Shown here: positions 33,881 to 45,397 of the stretch, piece after piece
Numbering within the stretch: position 1 is the first letter of the stretch
How the letters are laid out: the number at the start of each line of letters is the position of its first letter
Source of the DNA: Chiloscyllium plagiosum
Taxonomy: Eukaryota
Direction of reading: 5' to 3'
DNA length: 45,397 bases
Assembly (NCBI RefSeq): GCF_004010195.1
Contig: NC_057718.1
Coordinates: forward strand, 44,485,341 to 44,530,737
Made by a program: the position numbers and the translations under genes
The notes under the pieces: model-generated
The model's database searches: none
Told to the model about the DNA's origin: nothing
What the model saw: only the letters and a program-made list of their open reading frames with translations

Positions 33881-36800
33881 CTTTTTCACAATTCAATTAC
33901 TTGTCATTTTTGAAAATTACTGAAATAACATAATCACACCAGTCAATTCAAATGCCATTTTCAATAAAAACAAAACACCAATAATTTTGCAGCTAATTAA
34001 TGACTAACTTGCCAAAATTGTGGTCTGGTCAATACTTGAAAAACAAACAAAAAGTGATTTAGTTGCTATTATCAAATAATGACAAGTTGATCAAAAATGA
34101 TAATTGCATTCTGACCTGGACATATCAATTAAAGCCAAGTTCTCTCTATCCATTTGGTTGGTGTCTGACAATTTTATGTCAATCTGACAATAATTTTTGA
34201 TTCATAAGTTAAAAATTTTGTTTAAAAAATCAAAATCAATAGAAACTAACTTTTAAGTGCTGAAAATGAAATACTTGTCAGCTTTATAATCAGCTTTACA
34301 TTTTATAAAGACAGAAATATTCTGAATGAAGTATTTAATGAAAATGTCAACATCTAATACATAAACAGAAATCTGCAACAAAGCATAAGATTTATTTCAA
34401 ATAGAACATATGAAAAGGCTCTTTGAAGTGAATGCCAATAACATCGAGTTTTATATTTTAAACATACATCTTCCATACCAACATACCCTTGGCTGCATTG
34501 CTGATTTGCTGCTGTTGCAAACTGCTGAAGCATTACATTAACCTGATCTTTGGTAGTTTCCAGAACATAATGTTCTAAGAAAACGTTCAAAATGCACTCA
34601 ATGAACTCCAACTTAAAGCCAGTTTGATTTGTTCAATTAATGTAATGATTAAATTCACTCGCTATTATTGAGGCAACCTTCTTGAAAGCCACCAACATTT
34701 CCTGTCATATATATTGTCTTGCAGTGTAACGGCTGTTAGCAGGCCTATAAACTATTCCACTGATCACTTATTTCCTTTCTTATTTCTTATTGCCGCATAA
34801 ACTGATTCAGTGTGTCCGTTCTCTGAACCAACATAATTTGTACTTTTACTGTATCTTTTGGTAGCAGTGATCATTGTCTGCCCTTTCTTCCTTTATTTCT
34901 AAAATGCCAAATATCACCCAATTATCAATCTTTGCTTATCTTGCAACCAAGCCTCTGAAGTAGTGATCAGATCATACTAATCTGTTGTTATTTCTGCTAC
35001 CAATCATACACCTTGTTAGAAATGCTGTGAACATTCAAATAAAGAGACTTCAATTCTGTCTTTTTAACATTTTCCCCTACTTTTATTATACTTGCAGGTA
35101 TACTCTTATGTTTCTCCCAATCTCTGTGTGTTCCTATCACATGATGATTATTATCACCTCATATTATTATCTGCACTATTATCTTGAACTTAATTCTCCA
35201 TAACCCCACACACAGGAACCCTTGCCCCACTATTTAGTTTGAAGTGCCACATGAATTGAAACTGATTTCTCCCACAGTAATCTTTGTGCCATGCAAACGT
35301 TTTCTGATCTTACTTACTCTGTACCAATTTGCTCATAGTTCAGGTAGGATTATAGAGATTATTGAATTTGTAGTTCTGTCAATAGTACTCACAAAAGCCA
35401 TGATAATCGGATAATTCCCCTCCCACTACAAGTATCTCTATGATCTCAAGAAGTGTCCTTACCTTTAGCCCCATACGAACAATGCAAATGTCAGGACTCA
35501 TACTTTCAGCTGCAGAGAAGCATTTCTATCCCCCTAACTATATTGGCCCCTCCAATAACCTTGTTCCTTTCAATTATTCCATTTGAATGGTCCCTGCACC
35601 AGCAGTTCAGTTTATTAAGCTTTCTTGCAATCTCCACACTTACCCAGATGATTCTTGAGTCTGTTAGACAATTGCAAAGGCTGAGGCTTGTCTATTGTTA
35701 CTCCATAAATGTTTCATTCACAGTCATACCCTCCAGTCACTGACTATGGACCAAATTTGAAATAACTGTTCCCAGACTCCAGCTCATTAACTCTGAAGTT
35801 CCTCAAATGACAGACTCTTATTGCAAATTTGGTTGCTTTGTCCACCAGGCCCCCCATGCCACAGTTGCTACAAATCACCTGCTGGATCCTTAACTATGTT
35901 TCATTTAAAAGATTAAGTTTCACAATATCACTCAATGATTTCCTGAACTTACAGAAAGTAGTTAAGCTATACACGTAATGTTATACTTATATCTTGCCAG
36001 TAAAAGTTTAAGCTATTGTTTATATAGAAAAAGTACTGTAAATTCACCTGCCACTCACCTCACTGCTCACCTAATTGATGTTTCCGGGCTTCAACTGTTA
36101 CACCAAGCTGTTGGTCCTTGGTTCTTTCTCTCTTGGACCACTCCTTTTATTAGCACAAGAACTGTTTATAAAAGGTTAAAGTAATCTTCAGTGTCATTGG
36201 GTAAACATTGTGGGTCTATGCATAGCATGCACATGCACGGACTTCAGAAGTTCAAGCAGGCAATTCATCACTTTCTTTGTGAGGGCACCTAAGGGCAGGC
36301 ATTAAAAGCTGGGTCAAGCTAGCAATGCCCATGTTCACGAGTGAATTAAAAACTTCTCCTTCATTGCACCAAATTCACTCATTTACCAAATTCCCAAGTT
36401 AATTCTCACACAAGCCTTTACCTTATTGCTTGTTTAGGTTGTGTGCTTTGCATAAACTAGACTAGTTTGAAAGAGTTGAATCAAGCACTGCTAGTAAGAG
36501 AAACTAGCTTTAACTGCACATCTAACAAATTAACTGCAGCTGCCTCTTTAGCAATGAGCTTTTATGTCCCTAACTTAATTTTAACAGTAAGTTGCTGTTA
36601 AATGCTAAATCCAAATTTGGCCTGATTTTACAAAGAGAATAACCCTTAAAATTAACACTTAAAATTACGTGACTTTACAAATTCTCAAGACCAAGCTGCC
36701 TCAGTTATAAATGATGAACTTTCTGTTTGCTTTATTTTAATTCTTTGCAATATACTAAAACAAACCCCCATCAAATAACCTCTTAACATTCTGTATTTCA

Positions 36801-37133
36801 GGGAATACAAACTGATATTATGTAACCTCACTTTATAATCTAACTACTTGAGCCCTGTAAGCATCCTGAACATCATGTTTTCTCAAGAAGAAAATATGCC
36901 AGCCATCACAGGAAAGGAGACAACCATAGCTTTAGCAAGTGACAATGCTGGGGGCAACATCCCACAGCACATCTTTATATTCTTTATTGGTCATCTCTTT
37001 CTGTCCTCTCCTTTCACATTAAACGTTAACTCTTGTCATTCCGTTTTCATTTCCATTCAATGTGAATTATTAAGATAGTATATCACTTAAGAAATAGGAA
37101 ACTTCATAAAGTTTACTTAGTCTGACCCTAGCA

Positions 37134-37740
37134 TAGAGTTATAGAGTCATACAGCACAGAAACAGATCCTTTAGCCCAACTCATCCATGCCAGCCAGGTT
37201 TCCTAAATTGAGCTGGTCCCATTTGCCTCCATCTGGCCCATATTCCTCTAAACCTTTCCTATCCATGTACCTGTCCAAATGTCTTTTAAATGTTGTAATT
37301 GCACTTGTCCATCACTTTATCTGACAAGTCATTCCATATGTGCACCACATTCTGTGAAAAAGCTACCCCTCAGGTCCCTTTTAAATATTTCCCCCTCACT
37401 TTAAACCTATGCTCTCTAGTTTTGGACTTCTCTACCTTGGGGAAAGCCTTGGCTACTCCCTTATCCATGCCCCTCATGATTTTGTAAACCTCTATAAGAT
37501 CACCCCTCAATCTAATGCTCTGGGGAAAAAAAACCCATCCAGTCTTACCTTATAACTCAAACCCTCCAGTCACAGTAACATCCTCGTAAATTTTGTTTGC
37601 ATCCTTTCCAGTTTAATAACATCCTTTCTACAGTAGGGTCACCAGAATTGTATGCAGAACTCCGAATGTGGCCATACCAATGTCTTGTGCAGCCATACCA
37701 TTACATTCCAACTCCTGTATTTAATGCTCTGACTGATAAA
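37134..37740 (-). mobile_element. CR1 LINE 3' part
   Basis: catagagttatagagtcatacagcacagaaacag tail, followed by the typical reverse-complement CR1 C-terminus. Confidence 0.9.
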
Positions 37741-37789
37741 TGCATCAACATCAAAAATAAACTTTTATTTATAAAACTATTTTAAGTAA

Positions 37790-38730
37790 TAAACCATCTC
37801 CTGGTGCTTCACTGGAAAATTATTAAATAAAATGTCACATAAGAATATAGGTCAGATGACCAAAAGCTTGATCACAAATGTAGATTTTAATTAATATCTT
37901 AAAGAAGGAATATGGTCTAGAGAAACAGGGACGTGCAGGGAGGGTATTCCAGAGTCAAGATTAGAGTGGTGCTGGAAAAGCACAGCAGGTCAGGCAGCAG
38001 CCGAGGAGCAGGAAAATTGATATTTCGAGCAAAAGCCCTTCATCAGGAATTTTGCCCAAACTTTCGGCAAAGATCAGGAATTCGGACAGGCCTTTGCCTG
38101 AAACATTGATTTTCCTGCTCCTCAGATGCTGCCTGACCTGCAGTGCTTTCCTAGCACCACTCTAATCTTGACTCTAATCTCTAGCATCTGCAGTAGTCAC
38201 TTTCGCCTCAGGTATTCCAGAGCTTAGGGTTTAGGCAATTGAAAGGACAGCAACCAATGGTGCAATAATTAAAATTGGGACTGCACAAGTCTCCAGAGCT
38301 AGAGGAACACTGGTACCTTGGAGGATCTTGGAACTGGAAGATATTATAGAGATAGAGAGGGGTGAGGCCATGAAGGGATTTGAAAGTGAAGATAAGTATT
38401 TTGAAATCATGATATTGTTTGACTGGAGTCTATGTCGGTCAGGGAGCACAGTGATTGATAGAGGAATGAAACTTGCTGCATTTGAAAAACCAGACAGCAA
38501 AGTTTTTGATGATCACATGTTTATAGAGCACAGGAGATGGAAGGCAAGCCAGAACTGCATTGAAAGAATTACAATTAGTGCCACCAAGGACATGAATGAG
38601 GGTTTCAAAACTGATGAACTGAAAACGAGTGAAGTCAGGTTTTTTTATGGAGGTTGAAAGAGGTGGTTTTAGTGACGGCATGAATTTTCATTTTGGGATC
38701 AAATGTAAAATAAAAGTTGTAAACACAAGT
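37790..38730 (-). mobile_element. L2-type LINE 3' region, interrupted by a fold-back PLE tail
   Basis: Minus strand 38410-38215 reads approximately FKIL..TFKSLHGLTPLYL.N..Q..DPPRY..SS...PKLWNT, the L2 C-terminal pattern. Related pieces at ~23480-23630, 24780-24830 and 25025-25300. Confidence 0.7.
37955..38210. mobile_element. Fold-back PLE-tail insertion with two opposed hammerhead remnants
   Basis: 12-bp TSD ggtattccagag at 37943-37954 / 38211-38222. Arms ~37951-38035 and ~38092-38175 are reverse complements. Confidence 0.9.
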
Positions 38731-41424
38731 ACCAGTTGCTAAAAAGGCTAAGATGTACTTTACAGGGGAGTCTAAAGGAGCACTCTTTATATTGTGAATC
38801 ATTGGCGAGAAATGTGCAAGAATTAGAGCAGGGGATAGATTGCCACATGTATTCCCTCACCTGGGGACAGTATCATGTATTAGCTCCAATACAGACAACT
38901 CAGTTGTGAACTTCAAGTGGCTAGAGTACCAAGGTAGCAATTGTTCATAAACCAGAAAATCTAGATGCACTACATCACAGCAGCCACCTTGTGCATTGAA
39001 GAGATGCAAACATCTAGCTACAACTCAGACAATGGATGTCAATCTGTTCAACATGGAGCAAGTATTCAGCTCTATGGACATGCCAAGTCAGTTCATCATT
39101 TGTAAACTTCTGGTCTGGAAACTTCCATAGCAGCTCATGCTGATCCCATAGAAACTTAGGTGGTTGTCACCTTTTGCCAGTGCATCAATGACAGGGGTTA
39201 TTAGAGTGCAACATCATTCCTATGGCCGGTTTTCACACATACCTGTAAACACACCATAACTCAGGTCCCAGAAAGTAGTCCAGATTTAATTGAAGAGGCA
39301 TTTTCTGCCCTCTTTTAGAGTGAAGGCATTCTTTCCTCTTCATCAATCTCTCCATCATGTCTTATGTAATGCCCACAAACCAACTGGCTAGACTCTGCCA
39401 GCACATACCAATGTTCTGCAGTCTGCGCTGGCTCATTAAGACCCAACCACTACAACATCTAAAACATCCTCAAAGAAGCCCATTTACTTTCCATCTCCAG
39501 GCCTAAAAGACATTTTGTAAAATCATTAGCATTGGTAAACAAACACTCAAGACAGACACTGAATGGTTGCACCAGACCGATTTAAGAGCTCTCAGTGAGA
39601 TCAACCTGATGAAAACTTCATAGCATGAGACAAAATGCAGCTATGCAAAATTTCATAATTTATGCCGATAGATATTTCACAAGCAATTTGCATATTTTGT
39701 GATTCTTTGCTCATCAACAGTAAGAATCATAACGTACCTCATATATGCTTTCTTTCTTTGGACAGCATCAAATAGTTTTAGGTGAGGCACAGTTATAGCT
39801 AATGTTCCTTACAATGTGCCATACCCACAATACCATTAATGTGTCTGAATCTAAAGCTCAGCAAAACATCCAGATTGCACTAATATATTCTTTCTTCATC
39901 TTCTCCTGATCATTCTCTGGTTGATTCATGCTTTAAATCTGCATTTACCTGTGGCTAGCATTATGCTGTGAGCACATGGATATTACAAATCAGATTTGGT
40001 GCCCAGCTTCATTGTCTAAATGCCTCTAACAGAGCCGAAATCTGTATCTTGGCTACTCTTGTCTCTGGATCCCGCAGTGATTCCAAAATGAGCTGATAAT
40101 ATTGAAAATGCCTTCCCTCCATGCCTTTCCACAATTCAATGTGAAGCACAGTGCCAGGATCGTATTCTATGATATTTCCTTCATTAAAATGCTCAGTTTA
40201 ACATTTACATAAAGGCTATAATGCCAACAAAATAAAATCCCTTATTGATAGAGCTGGTTATATTCTACAACATGGTGCAATATATTTTAATAAGGCTGGA
40301 ACTGTTTTTTTTTCATGTATGGGGGAGTCAGTAACTTAATTTTTATGCTCCAGACTGCTATTACTTAAATGATTTATTGCCCAATTAATACAATGCCCTT
40401 GTCTTATTAAATACATTTTAAAAAACATCATCTCAATAATAAAAATGAATGCCTTTTGCGATAAAAGTAAAAAGGCATTTAAATGACATACTTTTGAAAG
40501 GTTTTCCCATGATTAAACATGTTCCTCCCAGTGGAAATGTAGTTAGCATAATAAAAATATTGCACTATCCAGGCAACATAATAAACTTGCTTCCAGCAGA
40601 AGGAAATATTTTCCATTTCTTGAAAGCATCAATTATACATTCATAGAATATTACAAAAGAAAACATTTTCAGATACAGACAACAGTTTCCAAAATAAAAA
40701 AAGCAATACGTTGGCATGTTAAATGCTACACTGAGCCACCTTGATCTTGCATACTCACTGACATCTGGACAGCCGTGTGGAAGGGTAAAGTTTTGAACAA
40801 TGGCTGCTTATATTTGTCTTGTCAGCAAGGCCTGAAAGGAGTGCCCATGAAAATTGGAGGTCATGGAGCCATTGCATCAGATTAAGAAGTCATAAGACTC
40901 ATCAGTTATTAACTCTGGCACTGTGCAGCCTGTTTACAAATTTCTATGAAACAAAAGAACAGTTTTTTGATTCCCCGAAAGTTGTCTCTAGACCTTGCAA
41001 GTGGATTGGACACATTAAAGTAGACACTCGTAGTTGATTCTGTTAAGTTAGAAACTATCTTTATAATCCTCCATTATCAACATCCTTGGGGTTACCATTG
41101 CCCAGAAAATTGAAGTGGACTAGTCATATAATTACAGTAGCAATGAGAACAGATCAAGAGGCTAGGCATTCTACAGCGAGTTGCTCACTTCCAGATTCCA
41201 CAAAGCCTGTCCATCATCTACAAGGCAAAAGTCCAGAGTGCAATGGAATAAGCCTCACATACCTGAATGACTGCAGATGCGACAATATTCAAGAAGCAGC
41301 CTATTTGATTGACACCACATCAACAAATATTCACTCCCTCTACCACCAGCTTGCAGTAGTTGCATTGTGTGGGTCAAAGGGCCTATTTACTGTATGATGG
41401 TGGAGAATCAATCACTGTTTGTTT

Positions 41425-41495
41425 TTACCTGATGAAGGAGAGGCACTCCGAAAGCCTGTTGGACTATAACCTGGTGTTATGTGATTTTTAACTTT
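41425..41495 (+). mobile_element. Internally deleted hammerhead/PLE-tail fragment
   Basis: CTGATGA-A-GGAG(AGGCA)CTCC-GAAAGC joined directly to ctgttggactataacctggtgttatgtgatttttaac (compare 487-570). Confidence 0.75.
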
Positions 41496-41552
41496 ATAGA
41501 TTTCCTGATCATCTTAGCAGCAATGTCCTTTTAACTTATGTAGCTATTTTAA

Positions 41553-41870
41553 TCACCCTGTTCAAGCATAATAAGACACACTCCTGGAGCAGTTTACTCT
41601 TGAAATTCTGACCCAGCAATGTGGATAGATTGAAAATGCTGGGACTGTTTATCATAGAGGAATGAAAATTAAGTGGACATTTGATAGAAGTTTTTAAAAT
41701 TTTGACCTTGAGGAAGGGACACTACTACTGTGTCAGAAGACCCTTAAGTAGTTAATGTAAATATTTTCTAATCAATCTGTTTAGATCTCCTCGAGAGCAG
41801 GTTCAGACTTGAACCCACACCTCTCAGCTCATAGAGAGGGAGTGATATTGCTGCATCACTAGAGCTCCAA
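41553..41870 (-). repeat. Second locus of tandem degenerate tRNA-like units, with a short CR1 fragment at ~41615-41705
   Basis: ccctgttca..cacactcctggagcag...agggacactactactgtg and gagcaggttcagacttgaaccc..ctctcagctc match the units at 9921-10161. Confidence 0.55.
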
Positions 41871-42454
41871 CTAGCTAATATAACTTGTCCCTTAATGCTA
41901 TTGTGCAATAACCTACATCATGCAAAGACAAGAATCTCTTCTGGTGAAAACAAACAGTGGTTCACTCTTCACCATCATACACTAATAGGCCCTTTGACCC
42001 AGTCAAGAGAATTAGGGGCAGCATCCTTTTACTCTCAAATGGTGAAACGGCAATGTATTTATTTAGAAAGAATAGCCTGCAATAATAAAAGAACCTCAGG
42101 ATGTCTCAAAGTGTTTCAATATAAATGCATTGCTGATATTAATCATATATATCAAGGTGGGAAAGTCCAGCAGGGAGAAAATGTTTTCTTTCGCTAATAC
42201 AGTAATGATTTCTAAATGCGGAATGCTATAGAATTCATTTAACAGAGCAATAAACAGCAGATAATATTATAGACCATAACTTATTTATTTCACCTCACAG
42301 TAAGCAGCACCACAAAGGCAAGCAAGGGATACATTTTTATTTTTCACCAATTCTCAGTATTTAAAGTCAAATATAATGTTGGCTGAAGAAGCAGCAACAG
42401 CACTAGATCACCTTCTTTAAGAAATCCCCACAAAATCCCCACGGCACAAATCAT

Positions 42455-44995
42455 CAAGAATGATGTGGTAGGCATCACAGAGACATGGTTGCAGGGGCTT
42501 CAGGACTGGCAGTTAAACATGCAGGATTTACAACTTATCAAAAAGACAGGGAAGTGGGCAGAGGGTGCGGTGTTGCCTTGTTAGTTAAGAATGAAATTAA
42601 ATCTGTGGCACTGTTATGACATAGGGTCAGATGATGTGGAGTCTGTGTGATGGAGTTGAGGAACCACAAAGACAAAAAAAAACATAATGGGAGTTATATA
42701 CAGACCTCCCAGCAGTGGTCAGGACCAGGGGGGCAAGATGTACCAGGAAATAGATAGGGCATGTCAGAAAGGCAAGGTCATGGTGATCATGGGGGACTTC
42801 AATATGCAAATAGACTGGGTGAATAATGTTGCAGATGAATTCAAAGAAAGGGAATTCATGGAATGCTTATAGGATAGCTTTTTGGAACAGTTTGTGGTGG
42901 ATCCCACAAGGGAGCAGGGTATTCAGGACTCAGTGCTTGTAATGAGCCAGACTTTATAAATGATCTTAAAGTAAGGGAACACTTAGGAGGCAGCGATCAT
43001 ATTATGGTAGAGTTCAGTCTGCAGTTTGAAAGAGAGAAGGCAAAATCGGATGTAATGGTGTTACAGTTAAATAAAGAGGGGCATGAGAGAGGAACTGATG
43101 AAAATTGACTGGAAGCAGAGCCTAGTGGGGAAGACAGTAGAGTAACAATGGCAAGAGTTTTTGGGTGTAATTGAGGACACAGTATGGAGGTTCATCCCAA
43201 AGAAAAGAAAGATTATTTTGGGCGCAGGGGAGGGGGGGGGGTGGGGGGTGGTGGTGGCACGAGTGAAGGGTGGTGGATTAGACAGCCATGGATGACAAAG
43301 GAAGTAGGGAAATGTATTAAAGAAAAAGAGAGAGCCTATAAACTGCCCAAGAGCACTGGGAAATTAGACGTTTGGGAAGACTACAAAAACAAACAGAGGA
43401 TAGCAAAGAGAGAAATAAGGAAGGAGTGGATCAAATATGAAGGTAAGCTAGCCAGTAATATTAGAAATGATAGTAGAAGTTTCTTTTAATACAAAAGAAA
43501 CAAACGAGAGGCAAAAATAGAAATTGGGCTGTTCCAAATTGATGCAGAAAGGCTCGTGATGGGAGATAAGGAAATAGCAGAAGAACTCAACAAGTATTTT
43601 GTGTTAGTCTTCACAATGGAAGACATGAGTAATATCCCAACAATTAAGGAGAATTGGGGGGCAGAATTGCGTTTAGTAGCCATTACAAAAGAGAAAATGC
43701 TAGAAAAACTAAAAGGTCTAAAAATTGATAAATCTCCTGACCCCAATGGGCTACATCCTCGGGTTCTGAGGGAGGTGGGTGAGGAAATGCAGAGGCATTG
43801 GTAGTGATCTTTCAAAAATCACAGGAGTCAGGGAAAGTCCCAGATGATTGGAAAATTTCTGTCGAAACTCCCTTGTTCAAGACAAAAGATGAAAAATTAT
43901 AGGCTGATTAGCCTAACCTTGGTTGTCAGTAAAATTCTAGAATCCATCGTTAAGGATGAGATTTCTAAATTCTTGGAAATGCAGGGTCGGATTAGAACAA
44001 GTCAGCATGGATTTAGTAAGGGGCTGTCATGCCTGACAAACCCGTTAGAATTTTCTGAAGAGGTAACAAGTAGGTTAGACCAAGAAAAACCAGGGGATGT
44101 TATCTATCTAGACTTGCAAACGGCCTTTGACAAGGTGCCTCATGGGAGGCTGCTGAGTAAGGTGAGGGCCCACGGTATTCAAGGTGAGCTAGTGGCATGT
44201 ATTGAGCATCAGCTGCCTGACAGATGGCATAGAGTTGGGATAAAAGGATCTTTTTCGGAATTGCAGCTGGTGATAAGTGGTGTCCCGCAGGGTTCAGTTT
44301 TGGGGCTGCAGCTGTTCACTTTACATATTAATGATCTGGAGGAAGGGACTGGGGGCATTCTGGCGAAGTTTGCTGATGATATGAAGTTAGGTGGACAGGC
44401 AGGTAGTACTGAGGAGGTGGGGAGGCTGCAGAAAGGTTCGGACAGTTTAGGAGGGTGGTCCAAGAAACAGCTGATGAAATTCAACGTGAGCAAATATAAG
44501 GTCTTACACTTTACAAAAAAAGATACAGGCATGGACTATTTTCTAAACAGTGAGAAAATTCATAAAGCCAAAGTACAAAGCGATCTGGGAGTGCTAGTCT
44601 AGGATTCTCTAAAGGTTGACTTGCAGGTTGAGTCCGTGGTTAAGAAAGCAAATGTAATGTTGTCATTTATCTCAAGAGGGTTGGAATATAAAAGCAGCAA
44701 TGTGCTTCTGAGACTGTATAAAACTCTGGTTAGGCCCCATTTAGAAAACTGTGTCCAATTTTGGGCCCCACACCTCAGGAGGGACATACTGGCACAAGAG
44801 CGTGTCCAGGATGATCCCTGGAATGGTAGGCCTAACATGTGATGAATGACTGAAAGTCTTGGGATTGTGTTCATTAGAGTTTAGAAGGTTGAGGGGAGAG
44901 CTAATAGAAACTTACAAGATAATGAAGGGTGGATGCTGGGAATTTGTTTCCGTTAGGCGGGGAGACTAGGACCCTTGACCACAACCTTAGAATTA
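42455..44995 (+). mobile_element. CR1 LINE ORF2 remnant (APE endonuclease + RT), disrupted
   Basis: DVVGITETWL, GVIYRPP, MGDFN, GSDH, KSP.PNGLHPRVL, SQHGF, AFDKVPHGRL, SGVPQGSVLG, KFADD, LYKTLVRPHLE. Several stops and frameshifts. Confidence 0.95.
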
Positions 44996-45397
44996 GAACA
45001 TAGAACATAGAACAGAGAAAAATACAGCGCAGTACAGGCCCTTTGGCCCTCGATGTTGTGCCGATCCAAGCCCACCTAACCTACACTAGCCCACTATCCT
45101 CCATATGCCTATCCAGTGCCCGTTTAAATGCCCATAAAGAGGGAGAGTCCACCACTGCTACTGGCAGGGCATTCCATGAACTCACGACTTGCTGAGTAAA
45201 GAACCTACCCCTAACATCTGTCCTATACCTACCACCCCTTAACTTAAAGCTATGCCCCCTTGTAATAGCTGACTCCATACATGGAAAAAGATTCTCACTG
45301 TCAACCCTATCTAAACCCCTAATCATCTTATACACCTCTATCAAGTCACCCCTAAACCTTCTTTTCTCCAATGAAAACAACCCCAAGGGCCTCAGCC
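44996..45397 (-). mobile_element. Young CR1 LINE 3' end inserted antisense into the preceding CR1 (runs off the window)
   Basis: (agaacat)n tail. ORF 45081-45386(-): GLFSLEKRR.RGDLIEVYK...TRGHSFKL...FFTQ.VV..WNALP, uninterrupted. Confidence 0.95.

Noticed and set aside
39766..39781. 16-nt micro-exon-like segment (tttctttggacag|...AG|GTGAGG)
   Set aside because: Not frame-preserving; such site pairs are expected by chance in 45 kb.
40008..40197. Stop-free minus-strand frame of ~62 codons (TEHFNEGNIIEYDPGTVLHIELW...)
   Set aside because: Directly preceded by an in-frame TAA, no convincing acceptor and no recognisable homology.
40490..40620. Minus-strand exon-like frame (MENISFCWKQVYY...) ending at AA|GTATGT
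   Set aside because: Weak splice sites, AT-rich composition and an unrecognised peptide.

Overview
Eukaryotic, repeat-saturated, non-genic (intronic or intergenic) DNA. The repeat repertoire points to a cartilaginous fish, most likely a carpet or bamboo shark; this is an inference from the HE1/V-SINE, Deu-domain SINE, CR1, L2, Tx1 and Penelope-like families. No host protein-coding exon could be recognised, and every interpretable ORF is transposon-derived. Contents: many CR1 LINE fragments, including a deeply nested stack at 10.3-18 kb and a 2.5-kb APE+RT copy at 42.5-45 kb; Penelope-like elements (PLEs) of Neptune and Poseidon type, several in fold-back arrangements with 11-18 bp target-site duplications (TSDs); a decayed PIF/Harbinger transposase; a Tx1 3' end with an internal tandem duplication; and a solo LTR. 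The two most interesting signals are (1) about 15 minimal hammerhead-ribozyme motifs of four sequence types in PLE tails, including a 94-bp TSD-flanked insert that is little more than a ribozyme, and (2) a head-to-tail dimer of near-intact tRNA-Asn(GTT) genes inserted, with an apparent 5-bp TSD, into the tRNA-derived head of a Deu-domain SINE. Family names come from motif recognition only, without a database search, and most element boundaries are approximate.
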